From positions 496,001 to 560,000 of the forward strand of contig NW_026250411.1 in assembly GCF_024521635.1 (NCBI RefSeq): a DNA stretch of 64,000 bases. Reading direction: 5' to 3'. Position 1 is the first letter of the stretch. Each line of letters starts with the position of its first letter. The notes beneath the pieces are model-generated. The model ran no database searches and was not told where the DNA came from. It was given only the letters and a program-made list of their open reading frames with translations. The position numbers were made by a program, and so were the translations under genes. Below are positions 25,170 to 37,156 of the stretch, piece after piece. Source of the DNA: Tricharina praecox (lineage: Eukaryota).

Positions 25170-25559
25170 ATGATATCAATAACCAAACCCACGCCCTCCA
25201 CACTGCGCCTGCTGCTGACGATAAAGCCGAACGCGCGCACCACCGCGGTCGTCGCCATCGACCCGGCTACATGCATTACCCTACGTATCCACGCTCCGCC
25301 GCGCGATGGCGCCGCGAACGACGAGGTGGTTAGGTTCGTGACTAAGGTGCGTGGAGTCTACTATACGCGGAGAGCGGCGGTGGGCTGGACTGGGCTGATG
25401 AAGCGGTGGGCACTGGAGTAGACACTGGGACTTAGAAAGAGCGATGGCAGGGTCGTCTCCGGTGCGAAGAGCAGGGAGAAGGTCGTCGTCGTGGACGGCG
25501 CGGCGGGCGTGGACGTCGATAAGGCGGTTGGACTGTTTGCAGCGCTGGTGGAGGAGTGA
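25170..25559 (+). CDS. DUF167/YggU (UPF0235) family protein
   Basis: Exons 25170-25346 and 25422-25559. IKPNA, IHAPPRDGAANDEV, LGLRKSD..VVSGAKSREK motifs. Confidence 0.9.
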
Positions 25560-25654
25560 TCAGTCCGGTCGGTCGGTCAGTGTAGTAGTGGAGGCACTGC
25601 TGCCAATTTCATTCTATTCGCCCGCCCTTCATTGCAAGTAGAGAAAACCCCCCA

Positions 25655-26013
25655 TCAAGCCATAATGCCGACATCAAGCTCTTCGCAAACCCTCAGCAGT
25701 GTTCCCAAGCTCTCGAACACGCCGTTCGTCGCGACGCGCAGCATCCGCGCCGTGGTCGCCTTGTAGTGCACGTGCAGCGTCGAGTCGGCCGTCGTGAACT
25801 CGCGCCGCACCAGCGGCGAGAGCTCCTCGTCTACCGCCAGACTGCGCGAGAGCGTTTGCGCCAGGCGCGCGGTCGGGAGCGGGAGCGTTATGGTCCTGTG
25901 TGCGTTGGGTCGTGGGTTAGTACGAGGTGCTGGATGGATGGTGGTAGGGAGGGAAATGTGAACGCAACGCACAGTGAGTGGGGGAACGTGGGGTCCTGCG
26001 CGTGGGTGGCCAT
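25655..26013 (-). CDS. PCC1: KEOPS/EKC complex subunit Pcc1
   Basis: Exons 26013-25973 and 25895-25655. FPHSLTITLPLPT..LA...SLAVDEELSPLVRR...ATTARMLRVATNG. Confidence 0.92.
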
Positions 26014-27009
26014 TGTTTTGATTTTGAATTTGGCTGTTCGTTCGGTTGCGGCTATGTATGCGATGGCGGGGGCGAGTAGGATTGGTGATGAGGCGATGAT
26101 CTCCGGAGACCGGCCTGCTGCCAATCAGAGCCTCTATCGACCCCCAACTCTGCGTCCGGTCCCTTGCGCGCTCTCTCTCCTCTCTCTATTTCTCTCTCTC
26201 TCCTCGCCCCGCCATGCCATGCCACACATATCCCAGCCCTCGCACCCGCCGCGCTAAAGCAAAGCACATAAGCACACATCGAAGCTTGTGTGTTCTCGGA
26301 CATGGATAGTGCTGTTGTGTTTTTGCGTGTTTAGAGTCATGTCCGCACTGCGTTGCTGTGGTTACAGGCCCTGCTGTGCCTAAACTGTTTCGGGCGGCAT
26401 TACTGCTTTTGTGCAGCGGGAAACCACAACATAACAAACCCGGCGAAATGTTCAAATTCCCGCGAGAGACACGCTGAGCGGACAGACAGACGGACACACA
26501 ACAACAACAACAGCGGAATCGACAAGCGAAAAAACAACAGTGATCTTCTCTTGATCCCTCCGCGATCATCTGCTGTTACAGAGCAATAGCGCCCCCCGAA
26601 TTATACCTGGCGCTCCCCCCCAATTCGCGATTCCCCCTTCTTCACCCACTCCCATCCGCGTCGTCTTGTTTTGTTGTTGTGATTCCCAGCCCCACCAACC
26701 ACCACCCTTCACCACCACCTCCTCCTCCACCACCACCGCTCACTCTAACCACTCACCTCCCTATAAACCCGCCGACTGCCCGTTGCTGCATTGTGTGCAC
26801 CACACCTTCTAGTGCCCCGACACCACTACCTCCCTCCTCCAAAACACACACACGTCCATTCACTTTCTTGTGGACTCAATCTCTCCTTCATCTCCTCTGC
26901 TGTCGCCTTCGGCGTCCTTCGATCTTTGCAGGACTTCGATTATTTGTTTCGAGTACCTTCCCATACATCAATAGAGAGCCCGCCGTTTTTCTCCTCTTCT
27001 CCACCCATC

Positions 27010-29027
27010 ATGAGTCCTCCGGTTCCCTATGGGAATGTCGTCGAGTACATCTCCGGTACGTATCTCCTCCATTGACCCACGACCCGCGCACAGCGCTCAC
27101 ACCACCTCACTGCAGACCGACTATACTGGGCGTGCTACACATCACCGCCGACGTCGACGACGCCGTTCCCGCCGCAGGTGATCCCGGACCCATATAAGAT
27201 GATCGCGCCGGAGCTAGTGCGGCCGGGCAGTCGCAGCCCGGCGAAGCGCAAGCCGAACCAGATCATCAACTCGTCGGGGCTGAAGCCCGTGTACTTCACC
27301 GTCGACGACGCGCTCCTGTACAATGCCTTCCATCACGATTTTGGCCCCCTGCACATCGGACACCTCTACCGCTTTGCTGTCACCCTACATGATATCCTCG
27401 GTGATCCGAAGAATGAGGGCAGAGTCGTCGTGTTTTGGTCGAAGCCCGATGGAAAGGCCCGTGCGAATGCTGGCTGTCTGTTGGCGTGTTACATGGTTTG
27501 TGCATCTGGTGCTGTGTTCTTGCGGAGTAAGTGCTGACGGGGAGGATAGGTTTTGGTGCAGAGCTGGCCGCCGCATTTGGCATTGAGCCCTCTGGCTATG
27601 TGCGACCCTCCGTTGATGCCGTTCCGCGATGCTGGGTACTCACAGGCAGACTTCATCCTCAACGTTCAAGACATCGTCTACGGAGTCTGGAAGGCAAAGG
27701 AAAAGGGGTTGGTGAATCTGAGAGAGTTCTGTCTTGACGAGTATGTTCTGCCGCCTGCTCCCGCCACGCCAAAGTGCGAGTGCTGACTGTGATTGCGTTC
27801 GGCAGATATGAGAAATATGAGAGAGTAGATATGGGAGATTTCAACTGGGTTTCGCCCAACTTTCTGGCATTCGCATCGCCTCAACATAAACTGCCTCCGC
27901 CCAGTCAGAAACAGCCTGTCCTGCCTACCGAGGAGGAGGATATCTACGGCTGTGCGATTCCTACGCCTTTTAAGAATGTGCTCCTGCACTTCTACCAGCG
28001 CGACATCGGTCTCGTTGTGCGGTTGAACTCACCTCTCTACCCGGCAGAGTACTTCACCTCGCTCGGAATAACCCATATGGACATGATCTTCGACGACGGC
28101 ACGTGCCCGCCATTGAATCTGGTTCGCAAGTTCGTCAACATCTCCCACCAAACGATTACCATCCACAACAAGAACATCGCAGTTCACTGCAAGGCGGGTC
28201 TCGGGCGGACGGGATGTCTGATTGGCGCGTACCTGATCTACCGGTACGGATTCTCGGCGAACGAGGTCATCGCCTACATGAGGTTCATGAGGCCGGGCAT
28301 GGTCGTTGGTCCCCAGCAGCACTGGCTTCATCTGAACCAGGACGAGTTCCGGAAGTGGTGGTTTGAGGACACCATCCTTGCCGCTGCTCTCGAGAAGGCT
28401 ACTAGCCAGTCGATCATCATCCGCACGCCGACCAAGGGCAAGCGCATCTCGAGTGCTCTGACACCCTCGCGACGAGCCATCCTCGGTGAAGTCGACAGCA
28501 ACCACAACGATGCGCAGTCGGCCGCACTACTGCCCGCCCCCACACCCGGACAGCCACGAAAGACATCGAGCCGATTCGCATCTGCTGCTTCGTCGAGACG
28601 TGTTCCTTCGGAGGTCTACGACAGCAGTCTGGTCCCGGTTGCGGACGAGAACGATGCCAACGCCTCGCCTGTGCGACGGAAGAGGTCGGCGGCAACGAAG
28701 GTCGACGAGGAGGACCTTGCTCGCGCCATCGAGTCGGGCATGACGGAAGAGGAGTACATGATCCGCCTGCACCGTCGAGCTTCCGCCAAGGCCCCCGGCA
28801 AGCAGAGGACAGCTACCACCACCACCATCACGACCACTACCGTCAGTCACACCGTCGCAGCCACCGCGGCGGCGGAGAAGAGTAGGAACGGGAACGGACT
28901 CCTCGGCACCAAGGTTCGAAGTAGTCCTCGTCGGCAACCGGCCGCCACCGGGGGAGTCCGCAAGACATCGGGCCGACAGGTCAGTGGTGGTGCAGCAGGT
29001 ACCACGCCGCCTCGGAGAGGGCTATAG
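27010..29027 (+). CDS. CDC14: Dual-specificity phosphatase Cdc14
   Basis: Exons 27010-27055, 27116-27495, 27550-27740, 27806-29027. DFGPLHIGHLYRF, PFRDAGYS, FDDGTCP, HCKAGLGRTG catalytic loop, RPGMVVGPQQ, PTPGQPRK. Confidence 0.97.
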
Positions 29028-30902
29028 GATACCCTCTTGCGACGCGAAATGGCGCTTATAGAAACGACGAACGAGTCTCCGCCCCCTACTGACTCGTCGT
29101 CGTCGAATGCGTTTTTGTGAGCTGTGAGCTGTGACGATTAGGTCCCTTTTGTCTGGTGCCCTGTCTTGCTTGTGCTGTCTCTTGTGCACTTGGTCCCGCT
29201 GGTGTTTTTTTTGGAGGGGAGGGGGGGATGAGATGTGCATTCTGGCGTAAACTGTGTTGGGGTTGTTGTCTGCGTTTTGTGATGGGGCTATACCTTGTTT
29301 GTTTTTTTCTTGCTCTTTGCTCTTTGCTCTTTACCCTTTCTTTGCTCTTTCTACTTGCAGTATCTTTTTTACTCCCGATTCGATCGAACAAGAGGCCTGA
29401 GGAATAATATCCAGGCTGATTTTTGCTTTTTTCTGCCTTTCTGTTCTGTTTCCCTGAGTTTTGTGTCTGTGTGTGTCGTCTGTCTGTGTCTGTGTTAGTA
29501 GGAGAGGGACGATGGTTATGGTTATGGTTATGATGCTTGATGATCAGTGTAGTGTATGTATTTTTTCGCTTTCGTTTTCGTTTCGTGAGGGCTTTATTCC
29601 CCTTGTTGAGTATTCTTCTGTGTACAGTGGTAGTGGGGATGGGGTGGGGATGCGTGTGCGATTGATGAGTGAAGAATGATGATTAAAGTACTGTATGAGC
29701 AATGGTTAATGGCTGGCACGAGTGAAAATGGCTGGCACGAGTGAATTCTTCTATGGACCCGGGAGGTTTGAAAGTTGGTGCAGCTGTGATACTATGATCA
29801 TCACGATAACAGGTATCGTATGTGCCGGCAGCCCCCGAAATCGCCGGCCACGTCCAACACGCTCTGCTGCTGGAGTTTCTCGACATATACCTACACCACA
29901 GCTCGGACACAAACCAAAACCTACATCACGACGACCACCAGATGAGGCGGGAAGATGAGGCGGGAACTAGATAAGTAGACAAGCAGAATCAGTGGATATG
30001 TCGGTGCAGAACAGTAAAGAAAACGTAAGCCTCCATCATCCGGATGGATAGGGCCGAGTGCTAGTGCTAGTGCGAGTGCGAGTGCGAGTAAGTGTATGCT
30101 CAAATCAAACAGACAATCGAAAATCGAACAATTCCGTTTGTTTGGCATCACACGCGGGCGAGACTCTAAGGCGGACATGTTGCATGTTGCATGCAATGTC
30201 CCTCCCTAGGAGCTGTGGGCTGCAGATATGTAAGATATATGTATTGTACATTCCATACCTCGCGAAGGGGCAAGTACGTACTTACTTAGATGGAGATTGA
30301 TCACACGAAGAACATTATCATGATGTGTACCGGTAAATCTGTGGGCAAATATCATTATATGTTGCAGCCTTTGTCCATCCCTTTCATTAATCGCATCGGA
30401 CCTATCCGAATCACGGGCGGTGTGCTCGTCGACCCACTCGATGTTAGCCGGTTCGAGTGATCCGAGTATGTAAGCGTTGGCGTACGTACATACATAAGGA
30501 AACCCTCCAGTGGGCTAGACGGACGACCACTTAGCCTCAGCCTATACCCCCAAGTTCCAACGAGAACGGGCTTGGTGGAAAAGCGCTGAGGCCTGGCCGT
30601 GGCCAGCGCACGAGAGTCACTCGCAGGTGATTTTGCCAGTACCGTATGTACCTACTAGGTAGTAGGTAAGCGGCCCCACGCTGAGCTCCGTCGAGCTGAG
30701 CCCTACATACATACATACATACCGTATACGGAAAGTCGGCAGCCGCGGCCAGCTGAGTCCGTCTATGTAGGTAGGTAGGTATTTCACCCAGGTATGTACT
30801 CGACGCGAAGAGGCAAAGAGGAGAAAGACGAGGGGAGAGGTGGCGCTGCTAGTAGCCTTTTTGTGCTGAGCTTGAGGTCTCTTATGGGGCGAGGGATTTA
30901 CC

Positions 30903-31806
30903 CAGACCCTCCAACAGTTCAAACTAGGAACAAATCGGGGTCGTTCCCAGACCAACCAACTGTTAATGGGGGGTGGTGAACTGAACCAACTGGCCAACTG
31001 AACCAACTGCCAGGTTTTGAACTAGGAAAACTCCTTGGCCTAGTTAATAGTTTAGTGAGGCTTAAAATTTTGGGAGAAACCTGCCGCCACCACCAACCCA
31101 CCGGCCAACTGCCTAGTTATAACCCACCACCCAGCCGGGTAGTTAATCTGGAGCACGCTGCCCCGGCTGACGAGCTCCGGGACTATTATATCTACATTGC
31201 CCGTCGCGAGGAATGTTCGAAACAGTCCTGGTGCGATCGGGATATGGTGGCTGGAACCGCGCCAGCAACGACGTTTTAAATTCCTAACCTCAGCCGAATG
31301 GCGATTGACGTTCTGTCTAGATATTCCAGCCATGTCAGCTGAGGTGGGTTGAACAGCTGTTCTCCGAGTGCAAGATGATTCTAACTGATCGTCGGCATTC
31401 GCTAGGTACGGACTCTGGAGAGTGTTGAAGCTCTGGAGAGCATCAAGAGGTTCATGCAACCGCCGTAGGTACTTCCATCATGGATAGGTAGCATCAGAGT
31501 AGTAATTCATGATTAGTATCATACTGTACCCATTTTCTATCCCTTTTGCCGTGACAGTAGGACCCTATGTATCTCGCCGACTTTCCCTCCCCTGACTGAA
31601 GTCGAACTGCCAGTTCATCCGCTGAAGTTTGAACTGACAGTTCTGCCAGTTTTCCCAGGAACAACTGCCAGACCTACTCTACCTACCTAAACCAACTGGG
31701 AACTGTGACCGCCTCTGTTCTCAACCGAACCGGGAACAAAATCAACCAGAACTGAACTGTTTCAACCAGTGTTCCCATTTCAACTGACTAACTTTTGCAG
31801 GGTCTG
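30903..31806 (+). mobile_element. Internally deleted, non-autonomous hAT-family DNA transposon (~0.9 kb)
   Basis: Imperfect TIRs CAGACCCTCCAACAGTT and reverse complement CAGACCCTGCAAAAGTT. Many subterminal AACTG/CCAACTG motifs. Internal hAT dimerisation-domain remnant. No clear 8-bp TSD. Confidence 0.85.
31245..31460 (+). pseudogene. hAT transposase C-terminal dimerisation-domain remnant (frameshifted)
   Basis: Joining frames gives WWLEPRQQRRF / PNLSRMAIDVLS / IPAMSAEV / EQLFSECKMILTDRRHSLGTDS / VEALESIKRF, matching the hAT pattern WW..FP.L..MA.D.LSIPA.SA..ER.FS.....T..R..L. Confidence 0.85.
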
Positions 31807-34672
31807 GATCATTTATGATGCCTGGGTGCGGAATGATGGCTGGTGATCCAGACTCCAGAGATTATGTACTCTACCTGTGTAGAGAAAACCTGGTAGTTCT
31901 TCGGTATTCAAATGACTGCGGTATTCACCCCGTATCAATCGCACCCTACTTTTTGCTACTGTACATACCACTCCCGCAGTCCTCAAACACCGCACACCAA
32001 GCCATTGCGTTGGCCTTGTGGCACTGGATCTGAATTCGTGAACGGTGGAATACATACCGGCTTTTTTGGGCAGTAACCCCTCCGAATCTCCGACGAGGCT
32101 CATGTGCACTGTGCGGGGTTTACTCTACTCACTACGTTACTGCCTCCTGGTACAGGCTGGTAGGCTTTGAAGTCACAGGGTTTCCGGTGCCGGCACTGGG
32201 TATACCTAGTACATATCATAGGTACCATACTCTAGGTACTCTATGTCAGACAGGACCAATCCACAATCCAACCAGACGAACAGAATACAATCAGTCCAGT
32301 CCCATCGAATTCTTCTGTATGCATGTAGAGTACCCAGAGTACCCAGATTAGAGTAGAGTACGCTCAGGAACGCCGATCACCCTCACCAGCATGCCATTGC
32401 ATCGATATTCCTCGCGCCCGCGCTCATCCGCGGCGAGAACACCAAATCACCGCTCGTAGAACCGACGCAGAATTTTTTGCAGCCGCCTATCCCATTCCGC
32501 CAGATGGGGGCCATCAAGTCTCGCCATGCCGTTCGGTGAAGTCGTATGCGCCGCCGATCGGTTAGACATCCCCCCCGCATCTCTCTCCACCCATCCCCCT
32601 CCCCCCCCCTCCCTTCCCTCCCGCACCCCCATCCCATCCCGCCCCCGCACTCCCACAGGCCGCAGTCCGCAGGCGTGGGCGTGGGCGTAGGAGAAATAAA
32701 GGTTTTCCCACTCACCCACACCCACACAGATGTAAACATAAAACATCCGCGCCCCCAGGCCCCCATCTCGTCACCACCCCCTGCAGACGTAGGGCACACG
32801 GCACCCCCTCACCATAGATATGGATAAAGTACCTTGGGTAGAGTACGCCGTCCGCGTAGGGCTGATTTGTGCATGTTCGTTCGAGAACTGCCCCCGTCTT
32901 CCTCGAGATGTGCAGCGCCACTGCTGCGTATGATAGAGTATGTATCATACTTAGGTGTGTATGGTGTGGTTGGTGTGTACGACATCCACGGCTACCGCTG
33001 AGGTGGACGTGGGGGCGACGAGTGAGGCCGTGTGCGTGCGTGCACTTCTGTACTTACTCTACATGTTGTGTAGATGTGTAGAATCGCGGCGCAGCGGCGG
33101 GTGGAGTTGAGTACTTCGATCCTGATTCCTACAAAGTAAGAACCACGGCGGTAGATCCAGGTGGGCTATGTCGCCATAGGAGATGTAGGTAGGTAGTCTG
33201 TAAAAACGCCGTAGATATGTGACAGATAAACTGAATTCCTCTATCGTCTGTCTATGTAGGTAGGTATCTCCAGGTCTCAAGGTGGGTGGGTTATCCAGAA
33301 CTCCACGCACCCGCTCTCCGCTCTCCGGTCAGGCCTCCTCAGTGCACTGCAAGTTCGCCTTCAATCCCGTCATCGATTTCACCGCCCCCCCTCTCCCCTC
33401 CCCCCTCCCGCCCACGAGCCCACCTGCCCGCCAGCCCGCCCAGACACTACTAACAACTACAATTAACCGCCCCGTCCCAAATACCAGACCCGCCGTTTTA
33501 ACGTAACAAACATAAGTAAGCAAGTAAGAGTATGCATAGCATGATCAAGAACAGACACCACAGACATCCTCTTTTCCGCACCACCACGCCGCCGCCGCCG
33601 CCGCCGCCGCAGCCGCAGCCCCTCGATCCCAAATCCCATCGAAAGCCATATCATAGTTCATCCATCCCGTCCCGTCCCATCCCAAGCTATCCCGTCCCGT
33701 CCCATCCCACCCAAGCTCACCCAAGCCCAGCCCAAACGTAACATAACATGCCAGGTACAGAACGTAAAGTAAAAAACTGAAAAACCCCAGGGTTATATAC
33801 AAGATACAAGATACAGAATGCACACCAGGCCGGCAAGAAGAAGAAGTAAGAGAAGCAGGAGTGGTTGGTGGTGGTGATGACCACGGTGGGATTGTACATG
33901 TATAAAAAAGTACATGAACGTCCCCCCACCGTGTCGTGTTCTTTAGTTCGAGCACTATCTAGAGTAGCTGCTACTTCACCACCTTCCCACCACCTTCTCA
34001 CCACCTTCCGTCCATGCCAACCAGAGTCATCCCCCACCAGGCCCACCCACCCACCAGGTACGCCATTCGTATCCGCCCAGGTGAAAAACAACACAAAAAG
34101 AAGGCAAAAGACCAAACAAACAAACAACAAGAGCTGAAAACACACAACACACCGCCAGGGAAAAGCATGAGAAAAACACAAAACACGCGGAAAACAACGG
34201 AAGTGATGATGGATGTAAGAACCCCCCAATCTGCAGCAACAGCAACAGAGCACGGGGCTGTAAAGAAGGTATCGAATGGTATAATGGTGTAAAAGGCCGC
34301 AACGAAAATCACACACACATAATAGCACAACACAACACAACACGCTCTTACAACGTAGGATAGACAACGCATGCTCGCACACATAAAGCACAAGAGACCC
34401 CCCAGTGAAGAGTAAAAACAGGGAAAATGCGCACACCGCATACGATGAGGGAGGAAACAGAAAAAAAGAACCCAACCAGACCAAAGCAACAAGGTAAAAA
34501 AGCACTAGCACCGATACCGACCAGTAAACCACATAGGAAATTACAACTCGGAAGGGAAAAACATGTACATCGAAAGGCACCCGAACCTGGCTTACGCCGC
34601 TTTGTACAGATCCACGCACTGCATTGAAAATCCCCACCCAATAGAGGCCGGATTATCTAGCCTCCCATCCAT

Positions 34673-37156
34673 CTATTTCGACTTCCAGAAACCCCAGATA
34701 CGGCTCCACCTCTTGCCCTTGTCCTTCTTGTCCTTCGAGGCAACCGTGATGGTAGGCGAGGGAAGCATGTCATTGGCGCCAGGTGTGGAAGGCATCGCGA
34801 GATAGGCAGCGTTCATGGTCATAGTGCTACTGGATGAAGTGAGGCTGGGAATGTCGTCGACGCTCATCCTCATTTCCGGACCTGGCTCGCCGAGGTAGTC
34901 GCGGTAAGGGTCGAACGAGCAAGAGGAGTCGCTGCAAGAGAACTCGTGTTGCACTGGCGTGTTGGGGCTAGAGGCGGCAGTCACAAAAGTCGACGGGGAG
35001 TCAAGCGCCGGACCCATGAACGAAGGCTTGAAGGTGGCGGCGGATGCCGAAATATTCTCGATGGAAGACTGCGGTGTGATGATGTCGGCGGGCGCGGCTT
35101 TTCTGCGAGATGATGTACGCTGCATACCGTGGCTGTCTGGGATATTCGTCGACACGGTTACAGCAGTGATGGTACCATTGCTGAGCCGCTTGTGATCGGC
35201 ATCGATGATGTGACTGACGTGAACGGCTCCGGTCTTGTTGGGCCACCCATCCTCCGTCTGTATTCCGATTCCGAGACCATCGCCACCGCCAATCTGTCCC
35301 TCATCATCCGAGTCGTCCTCAGATTCACTCGACTCCTCCTCGCTAGTAGTGCAATCATCCTCTTCCTCCTCAAACACATCCTCCATGGTGCGGTCCTCAT
35401 CCTCTTCCAGCGCGAACAACTCCATTTCGGGCAAGCTCTCCGAACGGCGGTGGAAGAAAGACCCGCTACCCCTGGCAGCAGCAGAGTGCATTCTCCGCCG
35501 AGCAGCTGCGAAGCCGGTGTGGCTCTCCACGGGGGCATTGAACGGACCCAAGGCTGCATCCAGGTCAATAACGGGACTGCTGGGACATCCAGACACGGCA
35601 ACCCTAGGAATCACGGGCAGAGGCGCGGCATCGATTGGCATGATCACGTAGCTCTCATTCCACGATGTTGCAACCCATTCGTTTTCCCTTGGCGTAAGGT
35701 CCTCGGCGGATCGCGATACGGGGGGAGTGGGCGAACGCTTCGACTTCTTCGACTTGCGCTTGCTCTTCTTTCCGAGAATGTTGCCAGCCCAGCCCCTGAT
35801 CTGCTTCTTTCCCTTTTTCTTCTTCTTGTCTTCGTTGCCATCACTGGTCGAACCATCCTGCGCACTAAACTCGCTAGACATCATCAGCGGCGAAAAATCG
35901 CTCTGGGCTTTCTTGTGAGCCTTCTTCGAAGGCGGCTTGGAAGGTGATGCGTTCTCATTCAAGAATGGGGAATTGCTGGCTGGCCTCTTCAACGATGGGA
36001 CCTCGGGGATGTTAAGCTCGGGCGCCTGGGTAACCTGTGGCGATGCGAGAATGGCACCAGCGGTAGACGGTCGGTCGCCCTGGGTACGGTCGCTCAGGGC
36101 ACGCAATGCAGCGGTGGGCTGTGCGAGGGTCTGCGAATTGCTTCGAGTTCGGTTGTGAGGACGGCGGCTCGGTGAAGGAGCCCTTGTTGCTGTCGTATCG
36201 ATGATCAGGGGCGGGGCGAAGTTGCCAACGCTACCAGCAACGCTATGCCTCCTGGCCGTGCTAGCGCTCGATCCCGTTGAAATGGATATCGGTCTGGGGA
36301 TGATCTGAACGCTCTCGGTAAAGCATACACGCGTGCTTCGCTCCGAAGGTGCATCAGAAACGAAGCTATTCGGGGTTTTGGGAGGTTGTTCTAAACTGAG
36401 TTAGCATGTAACACGATTGAAATCCGTTATAGGTTACTTACCAGCGTTGATGCTCGGGCTCGCAGGAGCACTCTTGTTGATAACAGCAGGTGGCTCCATA
36501 CTTGCCTGGTCCGTGGTCGCAACTTTGGCCGGTGGTGCTGGAAGAGGAGGCGCGGTTTGATTCATCAGACTCCAGACATCCGAACTAGAGATAGCCCCGG
36601 ATCTGCGATGAGCGTGCCCCTTGCGCAGGTTCACACCTGGCGGAGGGGGAGCCCTCTTCTGAATCGGCGGTGGACCAGTTGTGGTTTCCTCCACCCTTGG
36701 ATCCAACATCGGTACCTGCAGCAGCTCACTAGCCTCTCGGTTGTGAGAGCGAACAGTAGCGCTCAAGACGGTCGGCAACACTCCATCGCCAATGGTTCTC
36801 CCAGTGGGTCGCACACGGGAGGATGACGTGGTAGTGGTGTAGTCTGGGCTAGGAGGACCAGATGCGCGGTTAGCCATCTGCATCGAGTTTGCGCTCAGTT
36901 GCTTCAGAGCATCCGCTTGGCTGGACCTAGGTCTTGCACTGACAGGTGCCACTGCAAGAGTACCGATCGCTGGAACCGAGCCCCTCCGTGGCGGAAATGC
37001 AGCGGACTCGGTAGCCGCGAACTGCATAGGGAACCGAAGGCCAGTGGATTTCGGGCGAGCCGTCGGTTGCGCAGGGAACGAGAAGCTCGGATTGAAGTCG
37101 AAGTCGGGGATCGACGATTCCCTGGAATGAGAACGAGGAACAGTGGTGGCCGCCAT
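34673..37156 (-). CDS. Conserved fungal Ser/Pro-rich protein (family often labelled 'cell wall proline-rich protein')
   Basis: Exons 37156-36442 and 36390-34673 (GTAAGT...GCTAAC...TAG intron). Motifs GHAHRRSGAISS, PVIDLDAALGPF, HRRSESLP, LGEPGPEMRMSVDDIPSLTSS, KRWSRIWGFWKSK. Confidence 0.88.

Noticed and set aside
33717..34637. 306-aa hydrophobic minus-strand ORF
   Set aside because: Low-complexity T/G-rich 3' UTR of the adjacent minus-strand gene.
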